Shown here: positions 50,507 to 63,870 of the stretch, piece by piece
Layout: each line of letters opens with the position of its first letter
Numbering within the stretch: the first letter of the stretch is position 1
From: Macrostomum lignano
Lineage: Eukaryota
Assembly (NCBI GenBank): GCA_002269645.1
Contig: NIVC01001891.1
Span: 24,487-88,486, forward strand
Reading direction: 5' to 3'
DNA length: 64,000 bases
The notes under the pieces: generated by a model
Told to the model about the DNA's origin: nothing
The model's database searches: none
Seen by the model: the letters and a program-made list of their open reading frames with translations, nothing else
Position numbers and translations under genes: made by a program

Positions 50507-53500
50507 ACCCAATTGAAAAGACACTTCCAAAACCAGACCCGAGGATAAAAAATTTTAAGTTTTAACACCAAAACAAATATAGTAATTACACTATTAACAC
50601 ATGCCAACCATTTTTTCGTTACTAAATAATGAGTTGACAAAATGAGCTAGCCAATGTATAACTTATAGCGCCTTTGACAACTTTTTAGTGCATTTTTATA
50701 CTACTTATACTACTATTAGTAAAGTCAGTACAGTTTGGAAACACACTGGCACCATTGGAATGGTGCACAATGGTGAAAAAATTAAGCTGGATAACTGTAT
50801 ATTCTTTTTAGTTAGAAAAAGTGTCCAATAAGTTATAATTGTACAACTATTGATTTTTCTTGTTAGACCAAAAAAGAGGTGCTATTGGCAGGTGGCATGA
50901 CAAGGATTTTTAGTAGGGGGACAGGGGGGCACCTTTGGGGTGACTAAACCCATAATGAATTGGCATCATAATTTTGGAAGCAATTAGGGGACCATGAATC
51001 CCAAAGCCCCCTGACTACTAGTGATTAGTTAATTAATTAATTTAAAGCTATTTACTTCTTATTCAAATGACATAGTCCATTGTTATTTTCAGAGTAAAAA
51101 TTTTTAAATAAAGGATGAAAGAATATTAATGTTAGAATAGTAATATATATAAAATACAGCAGCTAAATTATAATTTTAATACATTTGGTAATTGCATATA
51201 AAGACATTATCTACATACTAACATAATAGTAATTATGTTAGTATAGTAGTAATAGTAATAATAAGATAGATAATAGATAATAGGATAAGATAATATAAGA
51301 TAGGATAAGATAAGATAAAAGCAATCTAATAAAACCAAAACCTAAATGTCCTCTAAAAAGCTATTAACAATTGTAAAAATGCTGAGATTTGTTTTTGTCA
51401 AATGTGGGATGCTGATACAATGTTAAGACAAAATTGAAGAAGAAGAACGGATATATTTTCAAGGGCATAACTTATAACTTAACTGGCTTATAAGTTGTAA
51501 ATAAAAAATTGTAAAAATCCAAATAAGAGGAAAAATGATTATATTTTCTCCTAGACTAGAAACTGGAACTGTCGAATTGCTAGGCCTAGTTTTATGATTA
51601 GATAAATATTGGCTTATAAACTCATTTTGAGTTTTAAAAAACCTTAAAAGACAAAGTTGACATGTAATAAAATTATCAAAAAACAATACACAGATAAGCT
51701 ATATCCCAATTAAATTTTTTTGATAGTGTTCCATAGTGTAGGTTCAATTAAGTCAGTTCGAACAAACATTTAGGCACACATGTTGGATTTCATTGCCTAA
51801 ACATTAGCTGTGCCTGTGCATGCTACTATGTCTAGCCACATGCCCACATTGATCTAGTAAACATTTTATAAGAATCAATACATTTTATTATTGCATACAT
51901 ATATTCACATATTGAAAAACCTGTTGAAACGTTAGCAAAAATCTTTCATGCGGCAACAACAGACGACAGCAATAAAAAGGTAAAAAAGTGTCACTGTCAA
52001 GTGTCACAAAATTTAAGAAAACTGGTAATGATTTCTTTGAAAATTCCTTAGTCAAGTTCGCGCGACAAAAAGTTTTCGTGCAAAAGACGAAACACGGTAG
52101 CAAAGTAAGGGTTTTGGTACTTGACTGGAAACTTAAAGGCCTCTCCATCGTACATCGTATATATAAATTTTCTTTTCACTTAAATTTTTTATTACTCGTA
52201 ATTGACTAACTACAGATTCAGCTCAAGACAACCAACGAACGAGCACCATTCATTTCGTAAACTCAAAAAAGCATAACAAAAATGGTAAAAAACTATTTTT
52301 TCTGAAAAAAATAAAGCATTGCTTACAATTAATCGGTAAAAAAGTTATTACTTTATATTTCAGAATGGTTATAATTTAACTAAGCAGGCAGTTGTCATCT
52401 GACAAATTTGTAAAGTTTAAACCAGCAGAATTCTTATTTGCAAGCTGTGCACCCTTAAATTTGTGATTTGATAATAGGCCTAAACAGCTTGCAACTTGCT
52501 CGAGTCCGTGACGCTTTAAGATGCTCGTATGCTATTGCTAATGAATAATAGCAATAAATAATCGGTATTCTTCTGTTCTGTTGTTTATTTAGAAGTTGAC
52601 AATCGCTTCTAGTTCTACCTTCTAGTCTTGTACTTTTAATAAGACACATACGCATCACACATGTTTACATTTGTTCAGAAGCTTAAAATTAATTTACGAG
52701 AAAAGTTACTGAGCCAAGCCTTTTATAATAGCCAATTCTGTAGAATAAAAGTCAATTCACAATAGAAAAAATCTGAAACAAAAAATAACGTCTTTCCTAG
52801 CATAGGCCTACTGATACAGTGATACTTATTAGGCCTATTATTAGGGATTTATACGTAGGCCATTGAAAATAAAATTAATTGGCCTTAAAATAAGAAAAAG
52901 CATGGGAAAAGGCTATGACTAATCACTATGACCTATGAGCAATATGGATTATTATGTTTTAATTGAATTTTGATCATTGGAAGCAATATTTGTTGAAACC
53001 TTAGATTTCATAATTGTGCCTATAAATATATTAATATATAGTTAATATAATATAATTAATTAATTAGTTAATTAAATTCATAGCCATAATAGGCATTAAA
53101 GGCTGTATAAACTATTTCATTTAAAGTAAAATGTTAATAATGGATGCCATAGACCATCATAGTTTTATATTTTATTTGCAATGCTAAGTATTATAAAAAT
53201 TTTTTATTAGGTTAGGCCCTAGTAATAGTATTTTCTATGCTAGTGAAGTGAGGGTGGAGAAATTAAAATTAGAGAGGTGGCTTGGTTGGTTTGACACCAA
53301 TTGGGGTGGTTCTGACTTTTGAATTGCTGCCAATATTGAGCTTACACAAATTAAATCTAGAAAATTGTGTAGACTAACTCTAACGAAAATTCTCCTATTA
53401 CTCTGGTTGCTGGGTCCGCAATTCTGGGGGGAAAGTAGTTTTGATCACAGGCGAGCAGTCTTCATTTGGCGCAAGCATTCAGAACAGGTCCTTAGACACT

Positions 53501-55244
53501 GAAACAGATGTATCTTATATGTTTGACTTATTACTATCTATGAATAGAGTAGCGCTGCCTCTTACCATAATTTATGTATTATAGAACATTGAAGTCTCAG
53601 GGCTTTTTTGAGTTGAGAACTTGGTTATTTTATGCCCCATGGGCAAATGACTTAGGATAGGCTATGGCTTTTAATTAATTAATTTTAATTAGGTATTAAG
53701 CAAGAGAAACTAAAGGAAATTAATGTTCATTTATTATAATTAGTAGGATAGTTAGTTATTGAACATTTAGATTGACTTGACAACAAATGATACCAGGGGA
53801 GCTGCAGGGCAAGGCTCAAAATTAAAGTTGAAAAAAGCTAAGGTAGAGTACAAGTCGTGAGCAAATTATTAATGGGTATTATTCAATAGAACATTAGCAA
53901 TGCAGAGTATTAGCAAAATAAATAGGGTATGCCAAATGATTTGAGAAAACAAAAAAGGGAAGAGAAAAGAAATGAGAAGAAAATTATAAAGTGTTAGCAC
54001 TTGTAATCTCAACCTATAAAAATCAAAACTCTATCTGTCTGTGGACAAATTACTTCGCTATGGACTCCCAAACCGCTCAACCAAATGACACCAAACTTTA
54101 CACCCACCCTAAACTTACTACGGAGAATGTCTTAGGCTACCTTTAAATTTCCTAGACTCAAGTCTTCCTACCTAAAAGTACAAAAAACTGCTCAAAATGC
54201 GCGATTTTTTCACTTAATCCTCCATAGCGCCGCTCCACTTCTACCGATCTTCTTCAAATTTGACACAATCAATCTTCAACTATTTTGACACAATCATGTA
54301 AAATTTCGAGTCTCAAAGTTAATCCTAAACGGCGCTGTGCACTTTTAAAGTTAGGCTGTTTTTTTCAGCGTAGCAACCACCCCAACCTCCGCCCGCCTGC
54401 CTCTCTTTCCCGATACCAATCTGGGCCCAGATGTGTAAAAGGGTTTCAAAATTGACTAACTTTCAGCTACCATAAGTTTGCTCCACGTAAAGCGATTGAC
54501 TTCAAACTTGACACAATTCTTTATTGACTCATTCACTGTCTAAATGTAAAGTTTCAACTCTGTAACTCAACCGAAAAAGAAACTGTAAGCGTGTGAAGTT
54601 TGTCTGCTTTTTCTGTTGTTTGTGCCACTCACTCACTCATTCCCCAGAGCCAGACGAAAGGTCAGGCGATAGGACTGAATGTACATAACAAATGTACAGT
54701 GTTTTGGAATAACTTTTTTATAGCCTTCTCGCACCCCGAGAGTGGAGAGGCTATGTTTAGCCATAACAGTTTAGTGAGAAATTCTAACCACTGCCCTCCT
54801 CTCTGTATTGGCAAACTCTGTAGCAGTTTAACAGTGGATGGCAATTGGCAAATCGAGGGAATCCACTAACCAGCATGGTTTGTAAAAGCGAAAGATTTAT
54901 GAAAATGCGATGCGATGCAATGAAATACAACCCTACTAAATTAGGCACACCATGGAAATTTTAGGTTTTTTTAAAGGTAGTGTGTAAATTTTAAATGGCC
55001 TCCTAAGAAATGCGTATTTCCTTGGTTGTTATTGTTATTGTTAGACTGATGCAGACTGCAGTGGAGCTGAAGATACATAAATTCCTTTCAGGGCTGCAAA
55101 TTGGCAAGAAAGATGACGTGATCAAAGCATGAGAACAACGATGAGAGTAGTACGTCCCACAAACTGGCTTTCAAAGCAGGGATCGGCAGACTTTTACTTC
55201 AAAAGCCAGATAACGAATCCAGCTTATGTGCGGGCCACAAGCCA

Positions 55245-56031
55245 GATGAGAGTGGAAAGGAGAAGGAATAGACTATTAGAAGAGAGGAGAGGCAAGAGGG
55301 GATATGAGAAAACATGGAAGATAAGAGGAGAGACAAGTGGTGAGGAGAGAGCAGAGAAGGGAGGAAGAAGCGAGAGGAGGGGAGAAAGGAGGGAGAGGAA
55401 AGAGTAAAGGAGTAAAGGTAAAGGTAAAGAGCAGGGGAGAGATGAGACAGAGGATCGATGAGAGGAGAGTAGAGAAGAGTGAGAAGAAAGTAGAGATGAG
55501 AGAGCAAAAAGAAGATGACAGAGGGTCAAGAGGAGAGGAGAGAGTAGAAAGGATAGAGAAGAGAGGAGATAAGAGGGGGAGAGAGGAGTGAGAAGAGAAG
55601 AGATAGAGATAAGAGAGGGGTGTAAGAAGAGGGAAGAAAGGAGAGATGAGATTGTAGAGATGAGACAGATTAAAGGAGAGATGAGAGATGAAAAAGGTGA
55701 GAGGACAGTGCAGAGAGACGAGAGAAGATAATAGAGGAGAGAGAGAGTATAGAAGAGGGAAGAGAAAAGAAGAAAGGAGTAAGGAAAGAGAGGAGTCAGA
55801 AGAGGTGAAAGAGAAGAGTACAGAGGAGATAAGTGAGAGAACGTATAAGAAAGTAAAGATGACAGATGAGAGAGCAGAGATGAGGGTGAACAGACGAGAG
55901 ATGGGAGAATAGAGAGAACAGAGGAGAGATAAGAGAGAAGAGATTACAGAGACTAGAGGAGAGAGGAGAGACAGGGAGAGAGAAGAGGAAATAGGAGAAT
56001 GAAGAGGGGAGAGAGTAGAGAGGAGAGGAGA

Positions 56032-56092
<61 letters not shown>

Positions 56093-56620
56093 AGAGCAGA
56101 GCAGAGCAGAGAGAAACGAGAAGAGATAAGAGAGAAAAGATAAAGAAGAGAAAGGAGAGATGAAAGAGCAGACAAGAGAGAAGAGAGGTGAGGGAAGAGA
56201 CGAGCGACGAGGGGAGAGAGAAGAGATAAAACAAGAAAAGAGATGAGAGGAAAGAGAGAGGAAAGAGGTGAGAGAAGAGACAAGAAAAGAGGGGAGAGAG
56301 GAGAGAGAGGAAAGAGGAGAGAGTTAAGAGAAGAGAGAAAAGAATAGATAGGAGAAGGAAGAGACAAGAGAAGAGGGGGAGAGAGAAAACGAAAGAGTAG
56401 AGAGGAGAGAGGAGAGGAGAGAGAAAACGAAAAGTAGAGAGGAAAGAGGAGAGGAGAGAGAAAAGAAGAGACAAGAGATGAGATAAGAGAGATAAAAGAG
56501 AAGAGAGATGAGGGAAGATACGAGAGAAGAGAGGAGAGAAGAAAGAGGAGAGAGGAGAGACGATCGGGACGAGAGAGAAAAAAGGAAACAGAAGAGACAA
56601 TAGAAATTTTAAAGGATCCA
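55245..56620. repeat. Purine-rich (GA) low-complexity tract with central (GA)n
   Basis: The plus strand is overwhelmingly A/G for about 1.4 kb. Confidence 0.95.
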
Positions 56621-59600
56621 AGGGACATAGGGAGAGTCAGGGAGAGGCTAGAGTTTGCCAATAAATGTTTTAGAGTCAGACAGACATTGCCTGACATTCT
56701 TTGCAGTACCCCAGCCAACAATATCAATGTTTGCCTCAAACTCAAACCCTAATTTTACACGAATGTGCTCCATTTTATGTCTACCTCTATCCTACTAACT
56801 ATTAACAAGTTTTTGTTTGTGTATGGCCTTAGATTTCAGAATACATGCAAAAGTAGTTCCGGGTATTGGAGTTCCCCGGGTTCAAAATCCGCGGGTTTTA
56901 ACAGCTTGTGGGATTATAAATATTAGTGCTGAGGCCAGACAGTGGTATGTAATAAACATTAATTGGCTGAGCATGGACATGAAAAAGGACAGCATCGATC
57001 AACAATTGGCAAAACACAAAAACAGAGGGAGAGAATAGGCAAATAAAAATTGATCAGAAACAGGGGCACAAAGGCCAAAACTAAGAAACAAACAATGGGC
57101 CAAAACAGGGAAACGAAGGGCCAGAACAGGGAAAACAAAGGGCCAACCCAGGAATTGGGAGAAAGACAAGGGTGACATTAGGGCAGCACCTTAAGGTGAG
57201 CATAGGGGGCCCAAACCTGAGAAGAAGCAAAGGATCATGACCAAGGAGTAAACAAAACTAAAAGTCAATGGTAGACCCCCATTTACCACACTAAATTAGT
57301 TTTAAAAATATTTTTTATTTATTTATTATAATGTTATGGGGTATTTTAGCTAGGACCTTTTTGTATAAAACTTTATTGGTACTAAGGTCAATAACTCATA
57401 CTCAATAGGCCTAGCCTTAAATGACTTACAGTAAGCCTAGTCAAGGTCAAAGCATTGTTATATACCTTGGTTTTATAACTTATGTGCCCTAACATTTAAA
57501 AAACCCCACACTCAGGAAGGTGTACATTATGGCAGAAAATTCCAGTGCACATCAACAAAAAATATGCACAAAGTGGTGCACACAGTGCATAACAAAGGCT
57601 TAGCAGAAGTTTTTAGCACACAGTGGCGCACAGCAAAACCTGATTAGAAAAATTTAGCTCACATTAAGTCACCTAAATGTATTATCTGCATATGCAGTTC
57701 GTAAATTATGCTTTAAGATTACATTTTTTTCAAGCATATTGAGGTGGGGGGGGGTTGAAAAGAAACTTGGAAGCCGTGGGGGTTTTAATTCAGTCGTTCC
57801 AGCCATTCGAATTGGTGCGCTTTGTCGTTTCCAACAAAACTTAACAAAGATTTCGGCTTGCAGATGGTGGGGAGCTCCGCTGCTGAGTTCCTCAGGCTCA
57901 GCGGGAGGGTAGCTGTGGTCGTGGCTGAGTGGTCTAGTTTTGCCGACGTTCAGAATGCCAAATGCAGAGATTTGTAGCCGAATAGGAGGCACTTCAAAAT
58001 AAGCTAATTCATCAAGAGTGATTACTAAAAGTAGTAGGTCGCTGCCACCACTGCAATTGTACGCGGGAAAGCTCTAAAGCTTGAAACTGGCTTGAGTTCG
58101 CTCTAGCCTTTCTCAGTAGACCTCTAAGGTCTAAATAGAGTGCTTTCAAGGTCACGAAAGCTAAGACACCGTTTCACACACAATAAAGTCAGGCCGAGAA
58201 TAAATATTAGCCAAAGCTAGATAACTAGATTATTATTAAAACTTAGGTTGCATGCACTATAAGCAATGATTAAAACTTAGATATTGCTGTCAAACTGTTA
58301 AATTGAAAAGGCGAGGAGCTGGTCGGGTCTAGAGGTTGGGCTTACAAAATATGGGGCCTCTCGTAATGGTCTGAGTAGGGTCTACTGGAATCCTCAGGAG
58401 TTCAGGCAAATGCCACAAGAGTCTGGCTAGGAAAGGCAGGGCGCAGACTCTTAAATTAGGCTCTTAGGAACCACCAGGAGGAAGCGGGTTACCCGGGTGG
58501 GAAGAGAGTTACACGCAAAGGAAAATATCGGGGTACACCAGGTGTGACGAAAATAGCACCAGGTGGACCCCAGGGAAAAGCACAGAAAAACAAAACTTTG
58601 CCAGGGGGTGGAAGGAAAGTTACATTGAGTGTCACAGATTTACATGCCGGGAATGACAATTCATTGAGTCATCCAGCCAGTGGATTACACGCAGTGGGAG
58701 GCCGTGCCCGCACCTACTACAATATAAAAAAATTGTTTCTTGGTAAATAAAATGAATAATAAAATTCAAAATTGGATTTTAACGTAAAGTTAGAGCTATT
58801 TCTTTTGAAAATTCTCTACATAAGCTAAAATAAAGCAAAAGTTTTGAGTTGAAAAAAAGCCTATATAATGTATGAAAATTTATCCATTTTTTTAGAGTTT
58901 TTTTATTTGGACTTTTACCAAGTTTTTAGTGCTACGGCGCATTAGTACTCTAGCTATGTATTTGTCAATAAATGAATGTAGACTTTGGCACAAAAATTCA
59001 TATTTTAGCTTTGCGCACATTGCACACTCCAAAAATACACTTCAAAATATATTTCCGGCGCACACGTGACACCTTCCGTGACACACGTGGAAAATTGAAT
59101 GGAAGATTGATACATATACTTTTTGTTTGGAAAGTCTAATTGTTCCTCCTAATAAATTTAATATGTTTGGCCTATATTTTTATATTTTAATTTTAATTGT
59201 TTTTTCTCTTCAGGCTTATTCCATATATCTTATATTATTTTTTATAATAATCTAATAACTTCTCTATAAATATAGCTATAGGAAATGATCAATATAAAGG
59301 TTTTTTTAAAAACATAGCATAAAAAAACAAACAAGGTTATACATATATGCATATACAATATCCTATTGAGCCAGTTGATCTAGCTGGTTAGCCAGAGGTC
59401 TAGCCAAGGTAAGCCTAAGTTGCAAAATCATTACCTAAAAATGTAGACATTAACAATTAGTTACTTCTGCTGTTTACACAAAATTATACTAACTTTTGCT
59501 TGGGTTTTTTCATATGTAAATCCCATTCCATAGTCCAGATCATGCTAGGTGCACGCCCAAACAAAAATTGAATAATTAAAAATGTACACCAAAAAATGGA

Positions 59601-60961
59601 GTGCATAATGGACCTTTTTGGCAAATAATTTGGTTAAGTTTTTGCTTTTTCAGCAATACTATTTATAGTGAAAAATTGATACATGCAAAGATTTGTTTAA
59701 ATGCTTTATTACAAGCTTCAAAACCTAGAAAGCTTGAAATTTATGCTTAAAAGTGAACTTTTTTTTATCTTTTTTCTACTTCACAATAACTCTTCATTGT
59801 GATTTTGTAAAGTGCATACCAGGTGTGCACGCATACTATTTTCCTAGGAGTGATGCATGCCAGCTGTGCACATCTACTTTTGGCATGCAAGGCCAGTGCA
59901 TGCCCAAGTTTTTGTGCATATACAATATGATCTAGAGTGTGGGTCCCATTTTTGGTCAAAAAGTAATTCATATATCCAGTATAAATCAAGGGCTATGCAT
60001 GTATTGAAGATATTGAAATGGGAATACATAATTTCCTATATCTAGTTTTAGTATCTAGACCATTCAGTATCTAAAAAAATGAGTTAAGGTTTAAAAGACT
60101 ATTAGAGCCATTGATTTGATAGGTAGGAGTAAAGTAGTAAAAATAGTTAGAAATAAATGAATGTTACTAATTTTAAAGCTTTTGTAATGTGAGTTTTCAA
60201 GACTCTAAGGTTGAAGACTCAATAATGTTTGCCTAGTTAGAATAATAGGGACTAACATTTAGGTAAATTTTTTACTTTCAATGTGTGAGTAGCTATTAAG
60301 TCCCTTGGGTTAAAGACTAAAGGCACATTGTGATTGGGTCTTGGGATATCAGGGGCTAAAGTTAAGATGAATAAAGCTAATAAAGAAGCAGCCTAATATT
60401 TGCTATTATTTAAGAAGGCTGATCTTCAAACAATTCAGGAGGCTTTTGCTGCTTTTAGGAACCAACTAACTATATTTGTTTAACTATATAGCTTTCTAAA
60501 TAACCATATTTCCTTGTCATGAACATAAATGCAATTATTTTAGAGGCATTTTTATAGTTGCTATAGTTGTTGCCATATTGTTTTGTCATATAACTATTTT
60601 GATTTATTTTGCAGCTGAAAGTCTACTATTGCATTAAAAAATCTGCCAATAATCTCTGGCTTAAATCTGTGACCAAAGCACCAATTGTCAAATAATCATG
60701 TCAGTTGATGCAGAGAGTATTGAATCATTGATGCAAGCCATCACTGGGCTCAGCTTTTCTGAAGAAGAGATTTCTAAGAATTACGAAAAAATACCGCCAT
60801 ATTTGAGACTGTATGAAGTGGAGACTGCTGTAAGTTGTTCCTCATTAAAATATTTATTAGATTGAACTATTTATCTTAAAGTATTGTTCGACATTTTAAA
60901 GACACATGCGGGCATTGGCAAAATATCTCAATTAGTTTTTTAGTCAAGACTCAATAGTTCT

Positions 60962-61690
60962 GTGAGAATCGCTCAGGTAGACAAGAAGTCAGTGAGAATC
61001 GCTCAGGTAGACAAGAAGTCAGTGAGAATCACTCAGGTAGACAAGAAGTCAGTGAGAATCGCTCACGTAGACAAAAAGTCAGGGAGAACAAGGTACCAGA
61101 GAATCACTCAGGTAGACAAGAAGTCAGTGAGAATCGTTCAGGTAGACAAGAAGTCAGTGAGAATCACTCAGGTAGACAAGAAGTCAGTGAGAATCGCTCA
61201 GGTAGACAAGAAGTCAGTGAGAATCGCTCAGGTAGACAAGAAGTCAGTGAGAATCGCTCAGGTAGACAAGAAGTCAGTGAGAATCACTCAGGTAGACAAG
61301 AAGTCAGTGAGAATCGCTCAGGTAGACAAGAAGTCAGTGAGAATCGCTCAGGTAGACAAGAAGTCAGTGAGAATCGCTCAGGTAGACAAGAAGTCAGTGA
61401 GAATCGCTCAGGTAGACAAGAAGTCAGTGAGAATCGCTCAGGTAGACAAGAAGTCAATGAGAATCAGTCAGGTAGACAAGAAGTGAGAATCGCTCAGGTA
61501 GACAAGAAGTCAGTGAGAATCGCTCAGGTAGACAAGAAGTCAATGAGAATCGCTCAGGTAGACAAGAAGTCAGTGAGAATCGCTCAGGTAGACAAGAAGT
61601 CAGTGAGAATCACTCAGGTAGACAAGAAGTCAGTGAGAATCGCTCAGGTAGACAAGAAGTCAGTGAGAATCACTCAGGTAGACAAGAAGT
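60962..61690. repeat. 30-bp minisatellite (GTGAGAATCGCTCAGGTAGACAAGAAGTCA) in PP2A-A-like intron 1
   Basis: Period 30, about 24 copies. Confidence 0.96.
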
Positions 61691-62299
61691 CCATTAGATT
61701 ACTCATTGTCCAATGACTCTACCGAAAGCAAATCTGCCTATCTTGCATCTACTAGGAGAAGCTTCGGGTTGTACGAACACTACCAGTCGTTGCTAGCAAC
61801 CTAGGCCCTTCTAAGGTGAAGGACGTACTAATACCTAAATTGATGGTAAGACTTAATTTTTTGTCAATATATTCAATTCTGGTTGCTATGGTAGCTAAGC
61901 TATATTAGTTACTTTATTCAACAAAAAATTGTAGAATTAATAACCGCGGCAATCAACAATGGTGAGGACGAGCTACTATTAGAAGTGTGCCGTCAGCTGG
62001 GCACGTTTCCTCATCTGATGGGCTCGGCCAATAATATTGTTAATCTAGTGCCGCCATTGGGTCGCGTTCTGTCCTCGGTTGAAGAGGTTGTTGTTGGCGA
62101 AGCGGCCGCTGACGCGCTGATCAAAGTAGTTGCCGAATTGTCCTCGACGCTGATTGAAACCAACTGTGTGCCGCTGATTAAACCGTTTTCGATGGTAAAA
62201 AACCGTTTTAGTCTACTTATTTCGCTTTCAATGAGTAATATAGTTTGTATTTTTCAAAGATTTAAACTGGGTATATGAAAGCAGTGGGTTGCTGTGTCA

Positions 62300-63020
62300 T
62301 TATCTACTGCTTTTCAACCCTACCGACTAATGTTGTCTACCATTTTCTTCACTACTTAATATCTCCCTACGGCTATCTACATCTACTATCTACTCTGCCG
62401 TTATCTACTCCGCTTTCTATCTAATTTACTGTTATCTACTTAACTATCTACCCTACGGCTATCGAGTCCACTTACTATCTACTTTACCGTTATCTGCTCT
62501 ACTGACTATCTTCCTTACCGATATCTACTCTACTTACTATCCTACCTACCGCTATCTTCTCTACTCACTATCTTCCTTACAGCTATCTACTATCGGCCCT
62601 ACCGCTATTTACTCTACTATCTATCTACCCTACCGTTATCGACCCTACCGCTATCTACTCTACTATCTACCCTACCGCTATTACTCTATTATCTACCCTA
62701 CCGCTGTCTACTCTACTATCTACCCTACCGCTGTCTACTCTACTATCTACCCTACCGCTGTCTACTCTACTATTTACGCTACCTACTCTACTACACTATC
62801 TACTCTATCCTAGCTATTTCTCTACTATATAACCTACGCTATCTACTCTACCTTCTACCCTACCGATATCTACTCTACTATCTACCCTAACGCTATCTAC
62901 TCTACTTACCATCTACCCTACCACTATCTACTCTACTATCTACCCTACCGCTATATACTTACCATCTACCGTACCACTATCTACTCTACTATCTACCCTA
63001 CCGCTATCTACTCTTCCGCT
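62300..63020. repeat. Degenerate CTATCTA/CTACC-based repeat (~27-bp unit) in PP2A-A-like intron 3
   Basis: ACCGCTATCTACTCTACTATCTACCCT-like units. Confidence 0.88.
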
Positions 63021-63539
63021 CCCAGCCTCTTATCTCTGGTTACTTACCCTCGTGTTAGAATTCCTTAATACAAAGCCGAACCCGTCGCGACTTCAGACGA
63101 TCTCTACTGTTCGTCCCGCCGCGCTGGTTGCCGCCTAATCGTTCCTTGTTACGCCAAGATCAGCTCAAACGATATTCGCAGCGAATTAAAATCTCGCCTA
63201 ATTAATGCAGCCAATCAAGAGGAAGAGATTCTGTTAGTGCGCGAGGCCGCTGTCACCAGCTGGGGCTTCTGGCACAGTCGGCTAGCAAAGACCGGGCCGA
63301 AATCCTCGCCAGCTTGGTCACCCTGTCTAACGACAATCATCGCGACATTCGAGCCGCCAGCGTTCGCTCCCTGCTAGACCTGGTTAAACTGTATGGCGAG
63401 AAGGAGCTGGAGTCCACCGTCTACCCTGTGTTGGAGCGCTACGCTGAGGATTCGCACAGGAATACGAGACAGAACTTTGCCGCTCATATTGCCGAGTTTC
63501 AGACTGTTTTCAATAAGATTGGAAAGCAGCTAGGTGATG

Positions 63540-63557
63540 TGTCTGTCTGTCTGTATG

Positions 63558-63626
<69 letters not shown>

Positions 63627-63629
63627 TAG

Positions 63630-63666
<37 letters not shown>

Positions 63667-63779
63667 TAGTGTCTGTCTGTCTTAGTGTCTGTCTGTCTGT
63701 GTGTCTGTCTGTCTGTCTTAGTGTCTGTCTGTCTTAGTGTCTGTCTGTCTGTGTGTGTGTCTGTCTGTCTGTCTGTCTG

Positions 63780-63830
<51 letters not shown>

Positions 63831-63835
63831 GGTCC

Positions 63836-63870
<35 letters not shown>
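63540..63870. repeat. (TCTG)n microsatellite
   Basis: Visible tetranucleotide run. Confidence 0.97.

Larger units (their letters stand above)
60698..63533 (+). pseudogene. Divergent PP2A scaffold (A/PR65) subunit-like HEAT-repeat gene; exons ~60698-60829, 61756-61845, 61935-62194, ~63097-63533; continues beyond; frame defects
   Basis: EKLRVVRTLPVVASNLG..KVKDVLIPKL, GEDELLLEVCRQLGTF...VPPLGRV.SSVEEVVV, SRRAGC.LIVPCYAKISS..IRSEL, VREAA, and LSNDNHRDIRAAS...AEDSHRNTR all align by eye to PP2A-A HEAT repeats. There is a -1 frameshift near 63260 and two phase-mismatched junctions. Confidence 0.72.

Noticed and set aside
55276-56745. 489-aa Ser/Leu-rich membrane-like ORF
   Set aside because: Complement of the GA-rich tract, which lacks stop codons by composition.
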